Shown: in pieces, positions 18,316 through 26,257 of the stretch
Numbering within the stretch: position 1 is the stretch's first letter
Layout: the number at the start of each line of letters is the position of its first letter
NCBI GenBank assembly: GCA_031555005.1
Contig: JAVBUU010000064.1
Location: 1-30,802 of the forward strand
Direction of reading: 5' to 3'
DNA: 30,802 nt
DNA from: Opitutales bacterium
Lineage (GTDB): Bacteria; Verrucomicrobiota; Verrucomicrobiia; Opitutales; UBA953
Notes under the pieces: model-generated
What the model saw: the letters and a program-made list of their open reading frames with translations, nothing else
What the model was told of the DNA's origin: nothing
Database searches by the model: none
Translations under genes and position numbers: made by a program

Positions 18316-19878
18316 ATGGAGTATTCCGCAACTCAACTTCCGCTCGCAATCGGCGTTCCTTTCGTCACCGGCATTTTGCTGATGGTGTTCGGGCGTGCGC
18401 TGCCGTCTTTTTTGCAAAAGGCGACGGCTTACGCGGGCTTTCTGGTTCCGGCAGTCATCGGCATTGTCGCGGCGTTTCGCTTTGACGAATTTGTGTCACC
18501 GGAATCCGGATACGCGTTTTTGTCGGACATCCCGTTCGGGCTCGACGCGCTCGGCATTCAAATGACGCTCGGCCTAAACGGCATTTCGTTGCCGCTCTTT
18601 CTGCTCGCCGGCATTGTCGGCGCGGCCGCCGGCATTCAGGCGATTAACAGCCCGGCGGAAAATCAACCGATGTATTGCGGGTTGTTGTTGTTTATCCTGA
18701 GCGGACTGCTTGGCGTGTTCGCGTCGATTGACATTTTCTTTTTCTATTTCTTCCACGAATTCGCGCTCATTCCGACGTTCATTTTGATTTTGTATTGGGG
18801 CGGAATCGGCCGGCGCGCGGCCGCGATTCAGATGGCGGTTTACCTGACTGCCGGCGCGATGATCTCGCTCGCCGGCATCGCGTTGCTCGTGATCAAAAGC
18901 GGCACGTGGACGTTTAATTTAATCGAACTGAAAAACATTTATGCCGCCGGCACGCTCGACGCCGGCACGCAAAACTTGGTTTTCGCGCTCTTGCTTTTCG
19001 GGTTTGGCATTTTGGTTTCCCTCTTTCCGTTCCACTCGTGGGCGCCGGCGACTTACACCGAAGCACCTACGCCGGTCTCGATGCTTCACGCCGGCGTGTT
19101 GAAGAAGTTCGGCCTTTACGGTTTAATTCAAATCGGCGTGCAGCTCATGCCGGCTGCGTTGAATCACTGGGCACCGGTGTTGTTCTGGCTCGCGCTCGGC
19201 AACATCGTAATCATCGGACTCGTGACGATGAGCCAACGCCATTTGAAGGAAATGATCAGTTACAGCTCCGTGATGCACATGGGGCCGTGCTTCCTCGGGA
19301 TCGTTGCGTATTCGTCGTTTGCGAGCGGCGGAGACACCGCCGGTCTCGGTGCGGCGGTGATGATGATGTTTGCGCACGGGTTGTCCGTGGCGTTGCTGTT
19401 TGTGTTGAGCCACGCGGTTTACCGGCGCGCGAACACGCTTGATTTCGCCGACCTCGGCGGGCTTGCGAAACACGCGCCGCTGCTTGCCGGGTTTTTTGTG
19501 GCGGCAACGATGGCGTCGATCGGTCTGCCGGGTTTTGCGAATTTCTGGGGAGAACTCGGAGTTTTCGTTTCGCTCGGAAAACTGCCGGCGTGGCAGCTCG
19601 CGCTTGTGATTTCCGGCATCGTAATTTCGGCGATTTACGGATTGCGCGCCGTCGCCGCCGTTTTCTTCGGCAGCGAAAGCGAATCTTTGAAAAAACGCCT
19701 CGCGGAAAAACCGGCGGCGGACATCGCCTTCGGCGAGCGTGCCGTCGTTCTCGTGTTGCTCGCCGGTTTGGTCGCGGTCGGGTTTTGGCCGAAATTGGTT
19801 TCCGGCAAAATCGACGCTGCCGCGCAAAAAGATTTCGCGCCGAAACCGCCGGCAACCGCGCCGGCGAATCCGCAATAA
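18316..19878 (+). CDS. nuoM: NADH-quinone oxidoreductase subunit M
   Basis: 520 aa. FFHEFALIP, FPFHSWAP..Y.EAP, LKKFGLYG, AHGLSVALLF and SIGLPGFANFWGE. Confidence 0.95.
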   Translation: MEYSATQLPLAIGVPFVTGILLMVFGRALPSFLQKATAYAGFLVPAVIGIVAAFRFDEFVSPESGYAFLSDIPFGLDALGIQMTLGLNGISLPLFLLAGIVGAAAGIQAINSPAENQPMYCGLLLFILSGLLGVFASIDIFFFYFFHEFALIPTFILILYWGGIGRRAAAIQMAVYLTAGAMISLAGIALLVIKSGTWTFNLIELKNIYAAGTLDAGTQNLVFALLLFGFGILVSLFPFHSWAPATYTEAPTPVSMLHAGVLKKFGLYGLIQIGVQLMPAALNHWAPVLFWLALGNIVIIGLVTMSQRHLKEMISYSSVMHMGPCFLGIVAYSSFASGGDTAGLGAAVMMMFAHGLSVALLFVLSHAVYRRANTLDFADLGGLAKHAPLLAGFFVAATMASIGLPGFANFWGELGVFVSLGKLPAWQLALVISGIVISAIYGLRAVAAVFFGSESESLKKRLAEKPAADIAFGERAVVLVLLAGLVAVGFWPKLVSGKIDAAAQKDFAPKPPATAPANPQ

Positions 19879-19926
19879 TCCGGAAATTTTTAAAAACGGT
19901 CCGACAAAAACAAAAAGACAAAGACC

Positions 19927-21510
19927 ATGTTTTCCTTTTTAGCAGAAGTAACGGCTCCCGCCGCCAACGCCCAAACGCTCGACTTTTTCCGGCAACTCGC
20001 CGGCGCGAACAACTGGTGCGCGATCGCGCCGGAAATCGCCGTCGCCGCGCTCGCCCTGCTCGTGCTCGCGGCGGACATTTTGTTTCCGAAGGCTTGGCGC
20101 GGATTTGTGCCGAGCGTGGCGACGCTCGGGCTTACCGGCATTATCGGGTGGATTGTCGCGGCGCCGTCTTGCGTTGGCGCCGGCTGTGACGCGAATGCCG
20201 CCGGCGTGATTTTCGGCGGCATGATTCGGCAAACCGGCGGATTCCCGCCGAACGTCTTACGGCTCTTTTTTCTGCTCGCGGCGATCTTCGTGATTTTCAT
20301 CGGCGCGCGTTATTTGAAAAAACGCGCGTTGCCGGTTTCGGAGTTTTTGCACGTCGTGCTCGTCGTGACGTCCGCGATGATGTTGCTCGTGCAGAGCAAC
20401 AATTTCGTGTTGTTCTTTGTCGCGCTTGAAGCGATTACGGTGGGCTTTTACGTGCTCGTCGGGTTTAACCGGAACAGCGAACACTCGCTCGAAGCCGGCG
20501 TGAAATATCTCGTCATGGGCGGGCTCAGCTCGGCGCTTTTGCTCATGGGCATCGTGCTGCTTTACGGCGCGGCCGGTAATCCGGCGCTCAACGGCGGAGC
20601 GACCGACGTTGAGGCCCTCGGCTTTGCTTTTTTGCGCGAATTCATCGCCGCGAATGCGACGAATCCGTTGGTACTCGCCGGCGCGTCGCTCGTTATCGGC
20701 GGCGTGGCGTTTAAAATCGGGATGTTCCCGTTCCAAATTTGGGTGCCGGATGTTTATCAAGGCGCGCCGACGCCGACGACGATGTTTCTCGCCGTTGCCT
20801 CGAAAGCCGCCGGGATTTTCGCCTTCCTGATGTTGCTGGTCGGACCGTTTTTTGCCTTAATTTTCACGTCCGACGGCGTCGGTCCGCTCTTTTGGCTCGT
20901 CGCCGGCATGACCGGGTTGACGCTTATTTTCAGCAATATCACCGCGCTCGGGCAAACGAACGTGAAACGCCTCATGGGGCTTTCGGGCATTTCGCACGCC
21001 GGCTTCTTGTTGCTCGCGATTTTGGCGACGCTCGGCGGCAGCGACCTCGCGCCGTATGCGTTGTTGATTTATCTTTTCGCGTATCTCGCCGGCGCGTTGG
21101 CGACCTTCGGTGTGATTGCCGAAATGCCCGGCAACGACGCCTTGCAGGAAATTTCCGATTACAACCGTTTGATGAAGCGCAGCCCGTTTCTGGCGCGCAT
21201 TCTCGCGTGCGGCGTCGGTTCGCTCGCCGGCATTCCGCCGTCGTTCGGTTTCGTGGCGAAATTTCTGGTGATTCTTGCCGCTTTTCAAGCCGGGTTTTAT
21301 TGTCTGACCGCGATTGCGCTGCTGTGCGTTTGCGCCGGCGTTTATTATTATTTTGCCTGGTTGCGCGAGGCGTTCCAACGCATTTGGACGCCGGCGGAGC
21401 AGGAAGCCGCGCTCATTGTGCCGATTCCGGTGCCGGTCGGCATTCGCCTCGTGTTGTCTCTGTTGGCGGTGATTATTCTGCTCGGCGGCATCGTGCAGGG
21501 TTTCTTGTAA
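19927..21510 (+). CDS. nuoN: NADH-quinone oxidoreductase subunit N
   Basis: 527 aa. FVALEAIT, SLEAGVKYL, FKIGMFPFQIWVPDVYQGAPTP, KRLMGLSGISHAG and SLAGIPPSFGFVAKF. Confidence 0.95.
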   Translation: MFSFLAEVTAPAANAQTLDFFRQLAGANNWCAIAPEIAVAALALLVLAADILFPKAWRGFVPSVATLGLTGIIGWIVAAPSCVGAGCDANAAGVIFGGMIRQTGGFPPNVLRLFFLLAAIFVIFIGARYLKKRALPVSEFLHVVLVVTSAMMLLVQSNNFVLFFVALEAITVGFYVLVGFNRNSEHSLEAGVKYLVMGGLSSALLLMGIVLLYGAAGNPALNGGATDVEALGFAFLREFIAANATNPLVLAGASLVIGGVAFKIGMFPFQIWVPDVYQGAPTPTTMFLAVASKAAGIFAFLMLLVGPFFALIFTSDGVGPLFWLVAGMTGLTLIFSNITALGQTNVKRLMGLSGISHAGFLLLAILATLGGSDLAPYALLIYLFAYLAGALATFGVIAEMPGNDALQEISDYNRLMKRSPFLARILACGVGSLAGIPPSFGFVAKFLVILAAFQAGFYCLTAIALLCVCAGVYYYFAWLREAFQRIWTPAEQEAALIVPIPVPVGIRLVLSLLAVIILLGGIVQGFL

Positions 21511-21569
21511 AATCACCGGCGCGCGTAAAATTCAGGCAAGCGTTCTGCACGCCTGCCTTGCGGTATTCG

Positions 21570-21608
21570 AAAAAAAAGCCGGCGCGCGTTATGCGGCCGG
21601 CTTTTTTT
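21570..21608. terminator. Bidirectional intrinsic terminator between convergent nuoN and carA
   Basis: A8-GCCGGC...GCCGGC-T7: a GC stem flanked by an A tract and a T tract. Confidence 0.8.
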
Positions 21609-21623
21609 CTCGGGAAGGGGTTT

Positions 21624-22784
21624 TTATTTCCCCGTGCTTTTGCGTTTCTCGATCATCTTGTAAAAGACTTCGAAAAGCGAGTCGGCATCGTTGGGGCCGG
21701 GACCGGCTTCGGGGTGATATTGGACGGAAAAGACGTCTTTGTTTTTCAGCCGCATGCCGGCAACCGTGTTGTCGTTCAGGTTGATTTCGGTGACCACGCC
21801 GCCGGCTTTTTCAACCGCTTCGGCGGTCGAGGCGAATCCGTGGTTTTGCGCGGTGATGTTCACGACGCCGCTTTCAAGGTTTTTGACCGGTTGGTTGCCG
21901 CCGCGGTGTCCGAATTTGAGTTTGTAGGTGTTTGCGCCGACCGCGTGCGCGATGATTTGGTGTCCGAGGCAAATGCCGAAAATCGGGTAGTCCGCATCAA
22001 TCAGTTCGCGAATGGTTTTGTGCGCGTAGTCAAGCGCGGCGGGGTCGCCGGGCCCGTTTGAAAGGAAAATGCCGTCCGGGTTGAAATCTTTGATTTCCTT
22101 GGCGGAGGTCGTCGCCGGGAAAACGTGCACCTCGAAGCCGGTGTTTTTGAGTTTTTTGAAAATCGAGCTTTTGGCACCGAAGTCGAACGCGGCAATCTTG
22201 TAAGCAGGGCGTTCGCCGGGGAGTTTGTTTTTCAACAGCGTCGTGCCGGGAACCGTGAACGGCATGCTCAGCGCATCGTACTTGTAGGGTTTTTTCGTCG
22301 TGACTTCTTTGACGAAATCCGAGCCGACGATGCCTTTCCATTCTTTGGCGCGTTTGACGGCCTCCTCGTCGGAAATGTTTTCCGTCGAAATGCAGGCTTT
22401 CATGACGCCGTTTACGCGCAGTTTTTTGGTAATCGCGCGCGTGTCGACGCCTTCGATGCCGGGAATGCCGTATTTCTTCAGGTAGGCGTCGAGTGAAAGC
22501 GTGGCGCGCCAGTTGCTGACAACCGGGCTGAGTTCGCGCACGACAAATCCGGCGCAATGCGGTTTGGCGGATTCGCGATCCTCGTCGTTGACGCCGTAGT
22601 TCCCGATTTGCGGGAAAGTCATTGCCACGATTTGGCCGTGGTAAGAGGGATCCGTGAGGATTTCCTGATAACCGGTCATGCTCGTATTGAAAACGGCTTC
22701 TCCGGCGATTGTTCCCGTCGCGCCAAAGGCGCGCCCGCGGAACACACTTCCGTCTTCGAGTGCAATTACTGCGTTGAGTGACAT
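21624..22784 (-). CDS. carA: Carbamoyl-phosphate synthase small (glutaminase) subunit
   Basis: 386 aa. GEAVFNTSMTGYQEILTDPSY, LSNGPGDP, nucleophile PIFGICLGHQ, TAQNHGF and SVQYHPEAGPGP. Confidence 0.97.
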   Translation of the reverse strand: MSLNAVIALEDGSVFRGRAFGATGTIAGEAVFNTSMTGYQEILTDPSYHGQIVAMTFPQIGNYGVNDEDRESAKPHCAGFVVRELSPVVSNWRATLSLDAYLKKYGIPGIEGVDTRAITKKLRVNGVMKACISTENISDEEAVKRAKEWKGIVGSDFVKEVTTKKPYKYDALSMPFTVPGTTLLKNKLPGERPAYKIAAFDFGAKSSIFKKLKNTGFEVHVFPATTSAKEIKDFNPDGIFLSNGPGDPAALDYAHKTIRELIDADYPIFGICLGHQIIAHAVGANTYKLKFGHRGGNQPVKNLESGVVNITAQNHGFASTAEAVEKAGGVVTEINLNDNTVAGMRLKNKDVFSVQYHPEAGPGPNDADSLFEVFYKMIEKRKSTGK

Positions 22785-22986
22785 GGGGCGGTTAGGGAAT
22801 CCGATGTTTCAAAAGTGAAAAGCAAAAATTCGTTTTACCGGAAAAATTCACATATCTCTTTGAAGGATTGTGAGTCGCCCGCAGCGTAAAAGTCCGGGTT
22901 CGGCGTGCCGCGCGCGAATGAGTAACGGGAAAACCGCCCAAACCCGCAGGCAAGAAAGTCTGCGCTGTGCCGTTGCCCGCTTTGGC

Positions 22987-25578
22987 TTAAAACAACGACA
23001 ATTGCCCGATTTCCTTGTCGGCCGGATATTCCGGGTCTTTGGCGCGCAAGGCCGGTGCCGGATTTTCGGGTTCCGGTTTTGTATCCGTTTTTCCCTTACG
23101 CGGATTTTTGATTTTTCCTGCGCCGGAATCCATGAACGCCGCGCTGCCGTTTTCCATATCGGACAAAATTTGATTGGCGCGATTAACGACAGCCGGCGGC
23201 AACCCGGCCAGTCGCGCGACATGAATTCCGTAGGAACGGTCAGCGGCGCCCGGAATCACCTGCCGGACAAAAATGATTTCGTCGTTCCATTCTTTTACGG
23301 CGACGCAGAAATTCCGCAGACGCGGCAGTGTGTTTTGCAGCCGCGTGAGTTCGTGGTAGTGCGTGGCGAAAAGCGTGCGCGGGCCGCGTTCGCCGGCGCC
23401 GTGCAAATATTCCGCGACCGCCCACGCGATGCTGATACCGTCGTAGGTGCTCGTGCCGCGCCCGATTTCGTCGAGAATCACGAGGCTCGCCGGCGTCGCG
23501 TTGTTCAAAATATTCGCGGTTTCGTTCATCTCGACCATGAAGGTCGAATTGCCGCGCGCCAGCTCGTCGCTTGCGCCTACCCGGCAAAACAGCCGATCCG
23601 TGACGCCGATGTGCGCGCGCTTCGCCGGCACCCAGGAACCGATTTGCGCCATGAGGGCGATGAGCGCGACTTGTCGGATGTAAGTCGATTTACCGGCCAT
23701 GTTCGGGCCGGTGAGCAGTGCGATTTGCGCGTCGTCGGATTTGAGCAACGTGTCGTTCGGCACGAAGGCCTGCGTGTTGCCGCGCTGCCGGAGCATTTGC
23801 TCGACGACCGGGTGGCGGCCTTGCGCGATGTCGAGCAAATCGGAATCATCCACCGTCGGCCGGCAATAATCCCAATCGCGCGCGAGCGTCGCCCAGCCGC
23901 AAAAAATATCCAATTCGGCAAGCGTGCCGGCGGTGCGTTGGAGCGGCAGCGAATGTTGCCGGATTTTATCGAGCAGCAGCTCGAAGATTTCGGCTTCGCG
24001 CGCCGCGGCAAATTCATCCGCTCGCAAAATTTCCTTTTCCTTTTGGCGCAATTCCTCGGTGACGTAGCGCTCGGCGTTCGTCATCGTCTGTCGGCGAATG
24101 TAATCTGCCGGCACGAGATGGAGGTAGGATTTCGTGACTTCGATGGAATAGCCGAACGCGCCGTTGTATTTTATTTTCAGGCTGCGGATGCCGGTGCGTT
24201 CCTGCTCGGAACGCTCGAAATCGGAAACCCAGGTTTTGCTGTCGGTCGCGAGCGCGCGCAACCGGTCGAGTTCGGCGTCGAATTTTTGGCGGATGACGCC
24301 GCCTTCGGCGAGGTCGCCCGGCAATTCGTCGTTGAGCGCGGAATCAAGAAAGTCGCGCAGTTCCGAGCACGGCTCGATGTCGGCGGAGAGTTTTGCGATG
24401 TCGTCGCCGGTGCGGGAAAAATTTTCGAGCTCTTCGATAATTTCCGGCAGTTGCCGGAGCGTGTCGCGGATGCCGCCGAGTTCGCGCGGATTGCGAATTC
24501 GGTTTTGCAGCCGCGACAAAATGCGCTCGATGTCACGCACGAGCCGCAGGCGCTCCCGGATGCGCGCCGCGGCACCGGCGTGCCGCACGAGGTCGCCGAC
24601 TTTGTTTTGGCGCTCGGTCGAGATGCCGGCGTTGAACGGCGGCGTGGCGAGCCAACGTGCCAGCAGGCGCGCGCCTCCGGCGGTGACGGTGCCGTCGATT
24701 GCCGCGAGGAGCGAGCTTTCGCGGTTGCCGCCGGAGCCGCGGAAAAGTTCCAAATTGCGTTGTGAGGCTTCGTCGATGACGAGCGATTCGCCGGAAACGT
24801 ATTCGGAAATTTGATACAAATTTTTCGGTTTTTGGCAGAGCGAATCCGTCGCGTACGCGAGCACCGCGCCGGCAGCACCGAGTGCCGTGTGGCCGGGGGC
24901 GATGCCGAAGCCCTGTAAATTCAACACGCCCAAATCCTGCGCTACGGCGCGCTCGCCGGCGGCCGGTTCGAATTGCCATGCGGGGAGTTTCGAGACGAGT
25001 CGCGATTCGAGGAAATCGCGCACGCCGGCAATTTCACGCCAACCGGCGGCATCGTCGTCCGGCACGAGGATTTCGCGCGGATCGAGCGCGCCGAGCGCCG
25101 GAAGCAGGCGAACGGGGTCGCCGCTCGCGATGCGGAATTCCGCCGTCGAGAGGTCGAGCCACGCGGCGTGAAGGTTGCCGCGTTTGTCGCCGAAGAGCGC
25201 GAGCAGAAAGTTATTCCGGCGCGCGTCCAGATGCGAATCTTCGAGCGCGGTGCCGGGCGATAAAATCCGCGTGAGCGTGCGTTGCACGAGTTTGCCGGGG
25301 ACGGGCGTGCCGACCTGTTCGCAAATCGCGACTTTTTTGCCGGCGGCGAGCACCTTGGGAATGTAACTGCCGGCGGCATGATACGGGATGCCGGCCATGA
25401 GTTGCCCGCCGCGCCGCGTGAGCGTGATGCCCAAGATGCGTGAGCCGATTTCGGCGTCGGCGTCGAACATTTCGTAAAAGTCGCCCAACCGGAAAAGCAG
25501 CAGCGCGTCCGCCGGAATCTTTTGGCGATATTCGCGATACTGCTGCATCATCGGGGTGATTTTCGACTCGGACGACAT
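22987..25578 (-). CDS. mutS: DNA mismatch repair protein MutS (MutS1)
   Basis: 863 aa. TPMMQQY, FRLGDFYEMF (Phe-X-Glu), Walker A GPNMAGKST, STFMVEM, DEIGRGTS, FATHYHEL and SYGIHVARLAGLP. Confidence 0.98.
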   Translation of the reverse strand: MSSESKITPMMQQYREYRQKIPADALLLFRLGDFYEMFDADAEIGSRILGITLTRRGGQLMAGIPYHAAGSYIPKVLAAGKKVAICEQVGTPVPGKLVQRTLTRILSPGTALEDSHLDARRNNFLLALFGDKRGNLHAAWLDLSTAEFRIASGDPVRLLPALGALDPREILVPDDDAAGWREIAGVRDFLESRLVSKLPAWQFEPAAGERAVAQDLGVLNLQGFGIAPGHTALGAAGAVLAYATDSLCQKPKNLYQISEYVSGESLVIDEASQRNLELFRGSGGNRESSLLAAIDGTVTAGGARLLARWLATPPFNAGISTERQNKVGDLVRHAGAAARIRERLRLVRDIERILSRLQNRIRNPRELGGIRDTLRQLPEIIEELENFSRTGDDIAKLSADIEPCSELRDFLDSALNDELPGDLAEGGVIRQKFDAELDRLRALATDSKTWVSDFERSEQERTGIRSLKIKYNGAFGYSIEVTKSYLHLVPADYIRRQTMTNAERYVTEELRQKEKEILRADEFAAAREAEIFELLLDKIRQHSLPLQRTAGTLAELDIFCGWATLARDWDYCRPTVDDSDLLDIAQGRHPVVEQMLRQRGNTQAFVPNDTLLKSDDAQIALLTGPNMAGKSTYIRQVALIALMAQIGSWVPAKRAHIGVTDRLFCRVGASDELARGNSTFMVEMNETANILNNATPASLVILDEIGRGTSTYDGISIAWAVAEYLHGAGERGPRTLFATHYHELTRLQNTLPRLRNFCVAVKEWNDEIIFVRQVIPGAADRSYGIHVARLAGLPPAVVNRANQILSDMENGSAAFMDSGAGKIKNPRKGKTDTKPEPENPAPALRAKDPEYPADKEIGQLSLF

Positions 25579-25647
25579 GGGGCGGAGAGGGAAAAGGGCG
25601 GTGCCGGAGACTCAATAAGAAAATCCGTGCGCGAAGTCGGCGCGGGC

Positions 25648-26214
25648 TTACGCCTCAGCAATACGGCGTCTCAATGTTTCAATTTCACGCCGGTAAATGC
25701 GTTCAACGGAAACGGCCAAATCCGAAAAATTGCGTCCGTCCGTTAAAATGCCGGTGCCGGCGCGCCGGTAAACCGGCTCGCGTTCCTCAAGCAGCAGGCG
25801 AATGCGTTCTTCCGGGTTTTCGGTCAAAAGCAACGGGCGGTGTTTTGACGATTTCGTGCGCCGGTAAATTGTTTCCGGCGACGCAAACAGGCAAATCACG
25901 ACGCCGCGTGATTTGAGTAAATCAATCATGCCTTCCGGTAAAACAAGTCCGCCGCCGCACGAGACGATTGCTCCGATTGTCGGAATCCATTCCTCGATGC
26001 ACTTGCGTTCAAGCGCGCGAAATGCCGGTTCGCCTTCTTTTGCGAAAAAATCGCGAATCGGCATTCGGATGCGCTGCTCAATGATTTGGTCGGTATCGAC
26101 AAACGGCCGTCGCCAGCGCGAGGCAAGTAACCGCGCGAGCGACGTTTTCCCCGTTCCCATAACACCGGTGAGAAAGAGGTTCGGCGAAAATTTGTCCGGC
26201 ACGTCATTTGCCAT
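25648..26214 (-). CDS. aroK: Shikimate kinase
   Basis: 188 aa. P-loop GVMGTGKT, FVDTD, GEPAFRALE, SCGGG, RPLL and REPVY. Confidence 0.93.
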   Translation of the reverse strand: MANDVPDKFSPNLFLTGVMGTGKTSLARLLASRWRRPFVDTDQIIEQRIRMPIRDFFAKEGEPAFRALERKCIEEWIPTIGAIVSCGGGLVLPEGMIDLLKSRGVVICLFASPETIYRRTKSSKHRPLLLTENPEERIRLLLEEREPVYRRAGTGILTDGRNFSDLAVSVERIYRREIETLRRRIAEA

Positions 26215-26257
26215 TATGGCCTGAGCAAATGCGCGGCCGACCGAGGGGGCAAGCGTG

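Noticed and set aside
15280-21510. Mrp Na+/H+ antiporter or hydrogenase membrane module instead of Nuo
   Set aside because: Canonical NuoJ and NuoK signatures, J-K-L-M-N order and a NuoL lateral-helix tail are present, with no mrpE/F/G-like genes.
22785-22986. PyrR-binding attenuator or riboswitch upstream of carA
   Set aside because: No ARUCCNGNGAGGYU-like loop and no clear terminator/antiterminator pair on the minus strand.
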